A stretch of 64,000 nucleotides of DNA, from contig OZ242383.1 of NCBI GenBank assembly GCA_965209155.1, forward strand, positions 2,144,001 to 2,208,000, written 5' to 3'. Made by a program: the position numbers and the translations under genes. Shown here piece by piece: positions 20,460 through 31,600 of this stretch. A model generated the notes under the pieces. The model was given only the letters and a program-made list of their open reading frames with translations. It was not told the DNA's origin and searched no databases. How positions within the stretch are numbered: the stretch's first letter is position 1; every line of letters begins with the position of its first letter. The DNA comes from a bacterium. GTDB lineage: Bacteria > SAR324 > NAC60-12.

Positions 20460-21332
20460 TTAACCTTTGGTAGCGCCTGCTGTGAGGCCTGACACGAAGT
20501 ATTTCTGTAGCACGAGAAAGGTTACGATGACGGGCAGGCTGACAGTGACCATTGAAGCAGCGATTCCAGGATAGTCCACGTGTGATTGACCTATGTAGGT
20601 ATTCTTGAACCCTATAGGAACCGTGGCCAGAGTTAAATCGTTAAGGAGTAAAATAACATACATCAGGTGATTCCAGGCTGCCAGAAATGAGAACATTCCG
20701 ACGGCCACGAGCGCCGGAATAATGAGCGGCAGAACAATTTTGGTCAAGATTTGGAATCGATTGGCGCCATCGAGGAGCGCTGCCTCCTCAAGCTCCTTTT
20801 CGATCGTGTCGATATAGGTTTTAAGCATCCAAATGGAGAAGGGTAGCACCAAACCGGTGACACCCAGGATGATCCCGGCGTGGGTGTTGAGTAAATTGAA
20901 CGATCGATAGACCAGGTAGATGGGTAACATGATCGCGACGTAGGGGAACATCTGGGTCGAGAGAAGTCCTAGCAGCAGTGGTTTTTTGACGGGAAAGTCA
21001 AATCTTGAGAAACCGTAGCCGGCCAGGGCGGCCAAGACCATGGTAATGAAGGTCACTGAGAAGGATACGATCGCCCCGTTTATGGCAAAGGTAAAAGTGC
21101 GACCTAACCCCCATCTTAACTCCTTGAAACCTTCAGCTGTGGACAGCCACATAGCCTTGTAGCTTTTTAGCGTCCACTCATCGGGTATCAGGGTGGGAGG
21201 CACGCTGTAAGCCTCCTCCCAGCTCTTGAATGAGGTAATCGTTATCCAATAGAGGGGAAACGCAACGAAAACTAGGGCCAAAAGCAGAATGACGAACTTT
21301 GAAATAGTAAACAGATTTCCTGAGTTTTTCAT
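20460..21332 (-). CDS. Carbohydrate ABC permease (MalG-like)
   Basis: AGYGFSRFDF, ELEEAALLDGA, FVSGLTAGATKG. Confidence 0.92.
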   Translation of the reverse strand: MKNSGNLFTISKFVILLLALVFVAFPLYWITITSFKSWEEAYSVPPTLIPDEWTLKSYKAMWLSTAEGFKELRWGLGRTFTFAINGAIVSFSVTFITMVLAALAGYGFSRFDFPVKKPLLLGLLSTQMFPYVAIMLPIYLVYRSFNLLNTHAGIILGVTGLVLPFSIWMLKTYIDTIEKELEEAALLDGANRFQILTKIVLPLIIPALVAVGMFSFLAAWNHLMYVILLLNDLTLATVPIGFKNTYIGQSHVDYPGIAASMVTVSLPVIVTFLVLQKYFVSGLTAGATKG

Positions 21333-21333
21333 C

Positions 21334-22272
21334 TTAATCCCCCAGCACTTTCATACTTCTCAGATACAGGTAGGCGAATCCCGTAAGCGCCAACAACCAA
21401 ACGACGCCGATGGCGGAGGAGAGGCTGAAGTTTAATTGTTCAATGGCCGTTCTGTATGCCAGATTCACCAGGATATCCGTCTTACCGATCGGCCCTCCCT
21501 TGGTCGTGCTAATAACGATATCAATGAAGTTGAAGTTCCATATCACCATGAGGGTCGTCGTAATGACAATGACATTTTTGAGGTAGGGCAGCGTGATGTA
21601 CCAGAAACGCTGAAATAGGTTCGCTCCATCAATCACGGCGGCCTCTTCGATCTCCCGGGGAATGGTCTTTAACCCGGCCAGGAACATGATCATGCAGAAG
21701 GGGAACGACATCCAAATGGTAGCTATGATCAAGGTGGGCATGGCCGTATCCAAACCCGCGAAGAAATTTATCGGTTTGTCAAGCAGACCGATTTTCGTTA
21801 AGAAATAACCGATAACGCCCCCTTTTTGAAGAGACATAAACATAAAGATAATGGCCACCAGGGCCCCCGGCAAGACCCACGGTATGATAAAGAATGACCT
21901 GAGTATGCTATTTATGCGGGTCTGTTTATTGAGCGCCAAGGCCAGCAGTAAACCAACCAGGGCCGCTCCGGCCACGGAAGATATAGCGTAGACGAGCGTC
22001 ACCTGAACCGAATTCCAAAAGAAGCTGTAGGCGAAGAGTGTCTTGTAGTTGGCAAATCCGACCCAGGGCGATTCGCCCAGCTGAAACAGGTTAACGTCTC
22101 GAAAGCTATTGATAATCCCCAGCCCGAGTGGGTAGAAAATCAGGCCGAAGACGACAAGCAAGGCCGGCAAGGTCAGCAAAAATCCATAAATCCTGTCCCT
22201 CGTCTGTAGGTTCAGCTTGATGCCGAGGGAACCCATAGTGCGGTTCATCACCTGTGCGGGATTTAGATTCAA
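21334..22272 (-). CDS. Carbohydrate ABC permease (MalF-like)
   Basis: WVGFANY, EIEEAAVIDGA, TTKGGP. Confidence 0.92.
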   Translation of the reverse strand: MNLNPAQVMNRTMGSLGIKLNLQTRDRIYGFLLTLPALLVVFGLIFYPLGLGIINSFRDVNLFQLGESPWVGFANYKTLFAYSFFWNSVQVTLVYAISSVAGAALVGLLLALALNKQTRINSILRSFFIIPWVLPGALVAIIFMFMSLQKGGVIGYFLTKIGLLDKPINFFAGLDTAMPTLIIATIWMSFPFCMIMFLAGLKTIPREIEEAAVIDGANLFQRFWYITLPYLKNVIVITTTLMVIWNFNFIDIVISTTKGGPIGKTDILVNLAYRTAIEQLNFSLSSAIGVVWLLALTGFAYLYLRSMKVLGD

Positions 22273-22324
22273 ATTGGCTCCTTTGGAGTCGTAACATAGC
22301 TCATGGTGCTACCAATGTCGTTAA

Positions 22325-22505
22325 GAAGCTGTTTTAAAACCTATTATCCCCCCTCCCCTGGTGGGAGCCGTACGCGGAAGCGAGGTTGGGGGAGGGGGAA
22401 CAACGAAAGTCTGAAATTCACGGTGATTCCTTCACCCTCCCCCGGCCCCTCACGTCAAGGGAGGGGAGACATTTGTGGCAATTTTTGGGGTTTTAAAACA
22501 GCTTC
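22325..22505. mobile_element. MITE inside the sugar ABC operon
   Basis: TIR GAAGCTGTTTTAAAACC/GGTTTTAAAACAGCTTC; TAA on both sides; internal CCCTCCCC..GGGAGGGG palindromes. Confidence 0.8.
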
Positions 22506-22597
22506 TAAGGTAAAATGGGCTGTGTCATGTCCGAATGTACTTGGAAGCGAAGCGGCGGGGCAGGACAGTGTCCCGCCCCTCGGTGCGGTAGCTTCAA

Positions 22598-23929
22598 TTA
22601 CATACGGGTGACGATCTTAATGTTTGCTTCTGCTTCCTCCAATATCTCGTCAATCGGTTTATCCGTAAATACCGCTTTGTTTGCGGCATCAATGACGAAT
22701 GGCGCCGCTCTACTCCACATTTTATGCAACTTTGGCATTCTTACAGTGGGAATGGCGTTATCTCTCGCCGTACGGTGTATGGGATTATCGTAGGGTCCGC
22801 CGGGCTTATACATGTCCTTCTGCACACTGAGCGCGGCGGTAACAGATTGATTTGCCGTCCACTGGAGACCTACCGAAAATGGATCGGTTGTAAACCAATA
22901 GGCAAATTTCCAGGCTTCTTCCTTCACCTGACTCTGTTGGGAAATAGCTATCGTTTTGACGTTTGGCGGCGTTACCGGGTCATCCCCCTTATTCAAGACG
23001 GGAAGTTTTTCTATTGAAAGGCTCCCATCATAGAGCCCACCGTTATCCCAACGACCAGGGTTAGTCTGAAGCAAATTACCCATCAACCAACTCCCTTGGG
23101 TAACAATTGCCAACTTTTCTACTGCAAGCCCTCCTGTAATTGGTGCCATGATATCTTCCCCGGGACCATATATCAATCCCGCTTTTGCCATCTTTCTCCG
23201 CCATTCCAGCCAGACCTTGGCTTCGGGGGTATTCAAACCAATCTCACCCTCGTCAAGATTCTCCAGCGGAAAGACCCCAAAGTTCCAGGGCTCCCATATA
23301 TTAAGGGCATCCATCGTCCAAGCCCAAGAAGGTATCCAAAAATAAAAATCTTCGCCATTGGATTGATCGCGTACCTTGATCGCGTTCTCGTATACCTCAT
23401 CCCAGGTTTCCGGGATCCCAACACCATACTTCTTCAAGAGATCGTGATTGACAAACATGCTGCAAGGATCCATCAAAAATGGAATGGCATATACCGCATC
23501 ACCTATTTTTCCTATGTCACGTACATTTGGATCGAACTCCGCCATTTCTTCTGGTGTTGCAAGTTTGGTTAGATCGGCTAAAACGCCATTTTGGGCAAGG
23601 TCGTAATACCATACCCAGTCCAGCCACATGACATCCGGTGCGTCACCCGCCGCTGCTCTCACCAGCAGTGACTGTGCTGTATCCCCCCAGCCAACACCTA
23701 CCACTTGAATATCTATATGGGGGTTTAGTCGCTCATATTCCTCAATGACTTTTTTTATTAACTCTTGAGTTGGTGGCCACGTCCACTGAAAACTGTCCAT
23801 TTGGATGACGGTTTTCTGGGCATACACGCTCCCAGCCAAGAAGACGCTTGCTCCCAGTATGAGAGCCAGCAGGGTTGCCCTGAAGGTTGATTTGCGGTTT
23901 AGATTAAACCTAGCGATTATTGTTTTCAT
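22598..23929 (-). CDS. Carbohydrate ABC substrate-binding protein (family 1)
   Basis: Signal peptide, GDAPDV, YAIP, PETWDE, KEEAWKF. Confidence 0.9.
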   Translation of the reverse strand: MKTIIARFNLNRKSTFRATLLALILGASVFLAGSVYAQKTVIQMDSFQWTWPPTQELIKKVIEEYERLNPHIDIQVVGVGWGDTAQSLLVRAAAGDAPDVMWLDWVWYYDLAQNGVLADLTKLATPEEMAEFDPNVRDIGKIGDAVYAIPFLMDPCSMFVNHDLLKKYGVGIPETWDEVYENAIKVRDQSNGEDFYFWIPSWAWTMDALNIWEPWNFGVFPLENLDEGEIGLNTPEAKVWLEWRRKMAKAGLIYGPGEDIMAPITGGLAVEKLAIVTQGSWLMGNLLQTNPGRWDNGGLYDGSLSIEKLPVLNKGDDPVTPPNVKTIAISQQSQVKEEAWKFAYWFTTDPFSVGLQWTANQSVTAALSVQKDMYKPGGPYDNPIHRTARDNAIPTVRMPKLHKMWSRAAPFVIDAANKAVFTDKPIDEILEEAEANIKIVTRM

Positions 23930-24244
23930 AAGATTCTCCTTAAAAAAAAAATGAATGAATAAATGGCATTAACAGAATAGCGATTTTCGATTTCATAAGA
24001 TTCTCCTTAAAAAATAAAAAAAATGACAAAATGACGCTCTCACGCGCCCATGATTTTCAAAACGGGTTTTATTCCATAGGCATTTCCTCCTTTAATGATG
24101 ATTTACTTCGAGTGTCTGACCGATAACCCTTTTCTCCCCTTAAATCGTCCCCATGCTTCGTGTTGGGTCGCGCTGCTTTGGAGTTATAGTCAGGGGACCT
24201 CTCCCTTCCTCAGTGGAAGGAATTGATTTGTTGGAATAGTATCA

Positions 24245-24260
24245 AGCAAGGATGGTGCCA
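24245..24260 (-). promoter_or_regulatory. sigma54 -24/-12 promoter of the sugar ABC operon
   Basis: Minus strand TGGCAC-CATCC-TTGCT, matching consensus. Confidence 0.88.
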
Positions 24261-24349
24261 AAACGGCGCGGGATAGTCTAAGTGACAGATTTCACTGGAA
24301 TAATTGATTGACAGAGGAAGTTTCGACAGGTTTTGAAAAGATCGCGAAG

Positions 24350-24459
24350 TGGGGTCAAATGACCCCATACTACCGTGGATTTTCAGGATAACCTACTGAA
24401 ATTTAAGGAAAAATGAAAATTGGGGTCATTTCATCTCATTTTGGGGCTTAATCACCCCA
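24350..24459. promoter_or_regulatory. Three candidate enhancer (UAS) sites, TGGGG-N8-CCCCA
   Basis: TGGGGTCAAATGACCCCA 24350-67; TGGGGTCATTTCATCTCA 24421-38 (degenerate); TGGGGCTTAATCACCCCA 24442-59. Confidence 0.65.
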
Positions 24460-24593
24460 TAACTCCTCATCTTTTTAAAAAGTGTTTTAAGGACGAGCCT
24501 GCTCTGATCACAAATAGGTCGATCCCTCTTGACAAACTTTTCTATTTTCCTTTATAAAACCTTGCTTCCTCACTTAAACAAGGATCATGGACG

Positions 24594-25631
24594 ATGGCCC
24601 AATCTAAAAAATCCTCCAACCGAAAAGGCACGCCTCACAATGATTTTTTTATCCAGCAGTGGAGTGATTTAAAGGTGGCTCAGGCTTTTTTTAAAGAATA
24701 TTTGCCCGCTTCTATTCAAGCCATCATGGATTGGTCCCAATTGCGGCTAGCCCTAGGGGATTTTGTGCAAAAAGCATTGAAGAATCGTAAAAGTGATCTC
24801 CTTTATGAAACCCGTTTTAAAGGAAGCGAGGGCCAGGCAATCAAGGGCTTCTTCTTGATTCATTTCGAGCATCAAAAAGAGCCGGAAGCCAACATGAGTT
24901 ATCGCTACTTGAACTATTTAGTGGGGATTTATGAGCAATACCAAAAGCAATTTCCCCAAGAAGGCCTCCCGATTTTTTTCCCGGTGACCCTTTTTCAAGG
25001 CCCTAAAAAATGGACCGCAGCCCTCCACTTCCATGATTTTCTCAAGGTTCCCGAGCCTCTCAAACCCTATGTGCCTTCCTTTGAGTATCACCTGGTGGAT
25101 TTATCAGGCATGCGGGATGATCAAATCAAAGGGACCTTGTTTTTAAGGGTGTTTTTGATGATCATGAAACATATCGATTCCCCAGAGCTTTCCGATCTTT
25201 TAGCCACGGTCATCTGGCCTTTGTTTGAAAAACTATTTGAAGAAGGCAGTGGTTTGCGGTATCTTGAGGAGGTACTCTACTATTTATTCAAAGCCAGTTC
25301 CCACCTCAAAGAAGAGGAAGTGGTGCAACAAGTTCAAAACCTGCTTAGCTTTGAAAACGCTCAAGAGGTCATTATGACAGTCGCCGAACAATTAGAACAA
25401 AAAGGAATCAAACAAGGAATTGAACAAGGAATTGAACAAGGTAAAATTTTAGTGGCAAGCAAACTTTTATACAAAAAATTTGGCCACGCTGCAATACCTT
25501 ATCAAGATAGACTGGCTTCCCTTTCTACCGATGAACTCGAAATCCTCATTGAGAGACTGATTACAGAATCTTCTCTAGAAGACATTTTTCAAGGGTTTTC
25601 TTGGAGCAGTCCTCCGACAAAGCTTTCTTAA
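24594..25631 (+). CDS. Rpn/YhgA-like (Transposase_31, PD-(D/E)xK) nuclease with DUF4351-like C-terminus
   Basis: TPHNDFF, SDLLY, HFEHQ, MTVAEQL, GIEQG repeats, LYKKFG. Confidence 0.9.
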   Translation: MAQSKKSSNRKGTPHNDFFIQQWSDLKVAQAFFKEYLPASIQAIMDWSQLRLALGDFVQKALKNRKSDLLYETRFKGSEGQAIKGFFLIHFEHQKEPEANMSYRYLNYLVGIYEQYQKQFPQEGLPIFFPVTLFQGPKKWTAALHFHDFLKVPEPLKPYVPSFEYHLVDLSGMRDDQIKGTLFLRVFLMIMKHIDSPELSDLLATVIWPLFEKLFEEGSGLRYLEEVLYYLFKASSHLKEEEVVQQVQNLLSFENAQEVIMTVAEQLEQKGIKQGIEQGIEQGKILVASKLLYKKFGHAAIPYQDRLASLSTDELEILIERLITESSLEDIFQGFSWSSPPTKLS

Positions 25632-25676
25632 ATTCCTCTCGTTTTTCTAAACGGCCAGCTTCATCTCCCCTAATGA

Positions 25677-28600
25677 CTATTTCGCCACATTATGGGGCTC
25701 CAACACCCCATAACTCCTCATCTTTTTAAAAAGCGTCCTTCGGTCAATGCCAAGCTTGGAGGCAACTTTGGAGCGGTTCCAATGGTTCTTTTCCAATTGC
25801 TTCAGGATATATTCTCTTTCGAAATGCGCCACCGCATCTCGGAGCAACTCTTCATTTGGCCAGATCGGTTCAAATTTCATCTCCGGCGAAGGGGTCGGCG
25901 TTCTTAAAGGGGCTCCCAGAAAATCGACCTCTCCCTGGGAGACATAGCGATGCAGAGTGTTTTGCAGCTCCCGGACATTACCTGGCCAATCGTAGGCCTG
26001 CAGGGCTTCCAGAAATCCTGATGTGATGGGCTTTCCTTGTTGAAGCGCTGCCGTGGATTTCAAAAAATGCTCGACCAGCAGAGGGATATCTTCTTTTCTT
26101 TCCCGGAGCGGGGGCAGGCGAATGAGAAAGACATGGATCCGGTAATAGAAATCTTCTCGAATTTGCCCCGTCTTTACCCGATGACTCAGGTCCTGGTTTG
26201 AAGCCGCAATGAACCGGATATCGGGCTTGATGACCTCGTTGGTGCCAACCGGGGTAAAGCCATTGCCCTCCAGGACACGAAGTAGTTTAACCTGCAGGTT
26301 CAGTCCGATATCGGCCAGTTCATCCAGGAATAAAGTGCCTTTGTCGGCCAGGTGCAGAAAACCGCGCTGATCGCAATCGGCCCCGGTGAAAGCCCCTTTT
26401 TTGTGTCCAAAGAACTCGCTCTCGATCAGGTTTTCGGCGATGGCCCCGAGGTTCACCGGGAAAAAAACCTGCTCTTTGCGGTCACTGGCGTCGTGAATGG
26501 CCCGGGAGACCAGTTCTTTCCCGGTCCCCGATTCACCGTAGAGGATCACGTTCGCATTGGTGGCCGCGGCCCGTAAAATCTGCTCGTATACCCGCTGCAT
26601 GGGCTCGCTTTTTCCGATAATGTCACCAAACCGAAAGCGGTCTTTTATGTTGGCCTTCAGGCGGACATTTTCTTCATGCAGGGAGGTTTCGCTCGCTTTC
26701 AGTTCGTCCATCGCCTTTTTGAGGTTTTCGTGAAGCCTGGCGTTTTCCAGGGAAATGGCGATCTGGGAGGTGAGGTGTTTGATCACCTCGAGTCGCCGGG
26801 AGGTGAAGGCTCCCTCGACCAGGTTGTTTTCCAGGTAAATGATTCCGCTCAAAGATGACTTGTGAGTGATCGGTGCGCACAGGATGGATTTGGGGCGCTC
26901 CCTCCGGATATAATCATCCTCGACAAACCGTACCTCGCGGGCGGCATTGTCCAAAACCAGGTGCTCCTGGGTTTGTTTCACCCAGGAGATGATCAAGAGG
27001 GAGAGGGATTCAGCCTTTTCCACAGGCAGGGAAAGCGGCAGGAAACATTCGACCTGCTCGGCACTCCCGCGGGCAGCGATGAGAGACTGACCTTCGGTTT
27101 CCAGTATCAGGGCTGCTGTCTGGGCCCCGGCATTTTCTATGAGAATGACAAGCAGAATCTCCAGCAGCGGTTCCAACTCGAGGGTACTGGAGATGGCCTC
27201 CGAGGCCTTGAGCATCGTCGCCAGGTCCAGGTTGGCCGAAGGAGACGCCGCTTCAGCACGATCATCGGCAATCAGCCCGGGATATCGAGACTTCAGGTGC
27301 GCGACCTTCCGTTTTGCTCCCCAGGCTTCGTACTGCTCCATTGATGAGCGCAGGTAAGAGCCGGCGGCGACGTTCTGCCCCTGGTTGAGCAAGTACCTGG
27401 CTGCCAGTTCATTGGCCAGGGCTTCCTCGTGGATAAATTCGCTCTCTCTGGCCAAAGCGATGGCTTGGTCATAGTGGTGCATAATGGTATCGGGTTCGCC
27501 ATCCAGAACCCGTAGCCGCTCGGCTTCCACCAGGTGGTATTTATGCAAATAATTGGGTGGGGCACTGCGCGCCAGTTTTTCCAATGTATCCTGATGTTCA
27601 TGGACTTGGGTGAGGATCTCCTCCTTTTCCCTGTCAGTCACCTGGCCGTAAACCGCGAGGAGAGCGAGGGATCGGTAGCAATTGGCCAGGGGATCAATCA
27701 GGGAATCCTTGTAGGTTTTCATCAGGTTGATCATTTCAAAAGCTGTCTCCCGGGCTGCTTCGTATTCTTCGAACAGGGTTTGCAGCACCAGCTTTTGGTA
27801 ATTGAAACTGCAATGTTCATAATATGAGTACTCCGTACTTGTCACCCTGTCGTATTGATCCATGATGCCGCTCGACAGGCTCGCAGGTTCCTCCATCAGA
27901 ACCATAACCGTCTTCATCAGCATTTCGACCCGGGGCGACCCGAGCATATAATCGATCTTCTTGAGAGCAGCCTTCAACGTCGATAATTCCCCTTTCAGCC
28001 AATTCAGCTCCTTCCCGCACATAAAGGCAATCTGACATCTTACGACAGCGCTTTGACCGGCATTGAAGAAATCTCCCGTCTCAATTCCCATCTGATGAGC
28101 TTCCAGCAAGGGCTCCAATGACGCCGACAGCGGCTCCTGGTAGAACCGGGTCGCGGCGTTGAAAGCCAAGGAAACTTTACAGTTTATTTCCTTCAGATCA
28201 AGCGCTTCCATGAGCTGTATGCCCAGACGAGCGAGTTCATAACTAAATTCAAAATCCTGAGTAAACAAGCAATATATAAATCCAAGGAGACAATAGAAAT
28301 CGGGTGAATATTGCGGGTGAAAATGATTGAGCAGAAAAGAGATGCGTATAAAAGCGATGGGCTGCCAAAGACCGTCATCCAAAGTAACCCCAGCCTCGCC
28401 ATAGGCCAAATGGAGCTCATAGAGGATAGGGACAAGGACCTCGGCATCCGGTTGGGTGAGCGGCTCAAAGCGCATCACGTCCGCGACGCTTTTACCGTCC
28501 AGGCCGGATTTGATTTGAACGAGGGTCTGCTGCCATTGGTCGAGAGACAGACGGCTCAGTTGACACCCCAATTTCTCCAGAATCTCCGCGCCCGTTTCCT

Positions 28601-31600
28601 GTGCCTTTTTTAATTCACCCTGGTTGGTATACGCCTTGATCCGGCATCGATAAACATTGGCCAGGTCCGGGTCCTCTCGGGCGTTGTCTTTTACGGCACC
28701 CGCCAGCTTCTCCATCAACTCGAAGCGGCCGCAGAGCGATGACATCTCCGTGGCTTCCTCATGCAGGGATAAGGCCAGGGGGTAATGCCGTTTCCAGGCA
28801 GCGTCTCCTAATAAGAGGTACAGGCCCAGGGTAAAATATTGCAGGGCCTGTTCAAAGGCCGAAGCCGCTCTGGCATGACGACCGGCTTCCAGGTTGAGTT
28901 CCGCCAGGTGCGATCGTTCTTTCCATTTACCCTTCAACCTCTGGGCCAGGTTGAGATGGTGGACGATGTCAAAAAGAAGAGCGTCACTTTTTCCAGGAGC
29001 GTATTGCTTGAGCAGGGTCTGACCGATTTGAAGATGGACCGGCTGTCTCTCCTTTTGTGCAATGAGGGCATAGGCAGCCTGCTGCACCCGGTCATGCAGG
29101 AATTTGAAGCTGCCGCCCTCCACGCTCGCTCCGGCGGTCGGATTATCCGGCTCCGGGGCTCGGGAAAAACCGAGGATCAACCCGGTTTCCAGGGCCGGCA
29201 ACAGGTTCTCATTGATCTCCCCGCCTTCTTCTCCGCTGATCAACTCCAGGGATTCAAGGTCAAAAGTATTGCCGATGCAGGCCGCCAGGCTTAAAAGTCG
29301 CCTGGTTTCAGCGGAAAACCGGTGGAGCCGGTCAACCAGCATCTCCACCACATTCTCGGTCACCGCCAGGAACTCGATGGCAGCCAGGTCCCAGGTCCAT
29401 CGTTTTTCCTCAGGGGAGTAACCGATCAGGCCCTTCTCGGAGAGTACTGTCAAGAACTGGCCCACAAAGAAGGGATTGCCGCCGGTTTTGCGCGCCAGGA
29501 GTTCGGCCAGCGGTTTGGCCTCTTCAGGACGACAGTGGCAGGTATGGACGAGCAGTTGTGAGATGTTCTCCGGGTTGAGGGACTTTAAAGGGATCGTCTG
29601 CAGCGGCTGGCCAGTTTTTTTGATCACCTCACAACTGATCGACAACCGGTGATCGGCCTCCACCTCGTTGTCGCGATAGGCTCCCAGGAAAAGCAGAGGT
29701 TTCCTCTCCGGATCCCGAGCAATGCGTTCCACCAGCTTGAGGGTATCGACGTCCACCCACTGCAAGTCGTCCAGAAAAATAACCAGCGGATGGGTTTTTT
29801 CACAGAAAAGGCCGATGAATTCCAGTAAAACGGCAGTGAAGCGGTTGCGGGACTCCAGCGCTCCCATTTCCGGTAGTGGGGGTTGCGGGCCGATCATCAG
29901 TTCCAGTTCCGGGATCACTCGGGTCACCAGTTGTCCGTTGGCTCCCAGGGCAGTCCGTATCCTGTTTTTCCAACGCTCCATTCCGGATTTGTTTGCGACC
30001 GATATCTCCCGGATGAGTCCCCGTAGCGCCTGGATCAGGGCGCTGTAGGGGATATTGTGCCGGAGCTGGTCAAATTTGCCGGAGAGGAAGAAGCCGTTTT
30101 TTTGGGCAACGGACTGGTGAATTTCACCAACCAGGGCGGTTTTGCCGACACCAGCGGATCCCGAGATCAGCACCATCTCGGTCGCTCCCTGGCTCACTCG
30201 CTCCAGGGCGGCTTCCAGGGCGGTGATTTCATCCTTCCGGCCGTAAAGCCCCGGGGCGATCTGCAATTCTTTGGGAATGTCCAGGCGAGCCAGTGGAAAG
30301 TCGGACAGGCTCCCCTGGTTTTCGAGCTGCTCCACACATGCCAGCAGATCGGCTGAAAGGCCCGAGTGACTCTGGTAGCGCGCCTCGGCACGCTTGGCCA
30401 GCAGTTTCATGACCATATTAGAAAGGGTTTTGGGCACCTGCGGCGCCACCTGGTCCAGGGGTACAGGCTGCCGGGCAATGTGAGCGTGGATGATTTCCAT
30501 GGCCTCCCGGGAGTGGAAAGGCGCTCTCCCGCTGAAAAGTTCATAAAGGGTGGCGCCCAGGGAATAAAAATCACTGCGATAATCGAGGGGGCGATTCATC
30601 CGGTCGGTCTGCTCGGGGGAGATATAGGGCAAGGTTTCCCCGCTTAGCCGGGGACTCAACGTCGTCAAATTTTCTCGGGGAAGCCGTGTGGCCAGGCCGA
30701 AACCGCTCAGTTTGACCATCCCAGATGCCGGATCGAGAAAAATGTTGAACGGGTTGATCATTTTATGCAAGATGCCTTGCCGGTGCACTTCTTTCAGAAT
30801 ACCGGTCAGTGAAACCGCTACCTTCAGCGAGTCCAGCAGGTCGAGCCGGGCAGCATCCATCAGCTTTCTTAAAGGAAGCCCTTCCGTGTTTTCCAGGATC
30901 AAGGTCCAGCCGTTTTCACACTGCGCCAGCTCCTCTGCCTTGAGGACCCCATCGATCTCCAGATCCCGGGTGATCTCATGCTCATGCCGTATTTCCGCCA
31001 ACTCCTGCGCGCTCTGCTGAGATGAAGGTCCCTTGATCAGGACCGAAAGCCCGTCGCTTTGCCGCCTGCCGCGCCAGAGCCAGGTCCGGCTGCTTTCAAA
31101 AATGACCTCCTCCAGCGAATAACCCGGAATCTCCGGTTTTTTCCTGTCGGGAATCGTTGGCTCTTTTATTGGCCTGGGTGGCGTTCCCATTCCCGGTCTA
31201 GTGAAGATTTCTTCCTTGGACCGTACAGGCATTTTGAAGCTTTTCAGCAGATCCCCCAGGAAGCCCTGGTCCTTTTCGATTTCGTGGATTTTTCCCAGCA
31301 TTCTCCGGGCGGAATAGTAATTTATTCCGATTATTTCTGATAGTTGTTGAGCTGTCGTCTCCCCATTGCATGCCGCCACATAATAAATCCCCCAAAACCA
31401 GTAGCGCAACGGAGTCCGCGTCCGATGCATCAAAGTTCCCGCGATGATCGAAGTCTGGTGTTTACAGTTTCTGCATTGCAGTATTTGACGTTTTTTCAGG
31501 ACATCGTAGCGGTGACTGCCACAGAGGGAGCACACATAACCGGCTGGCCAACGCAGGTGGAAAAGGTGATTGCGACAGACTTCATCGTTCGAAAACAGCT

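Noticed and set aside
25395..25442. 12-bp repeats in the Rpn gene
   Set aside because: They encode the ordinary (E/K)QGI repeats of Rpn C-termini
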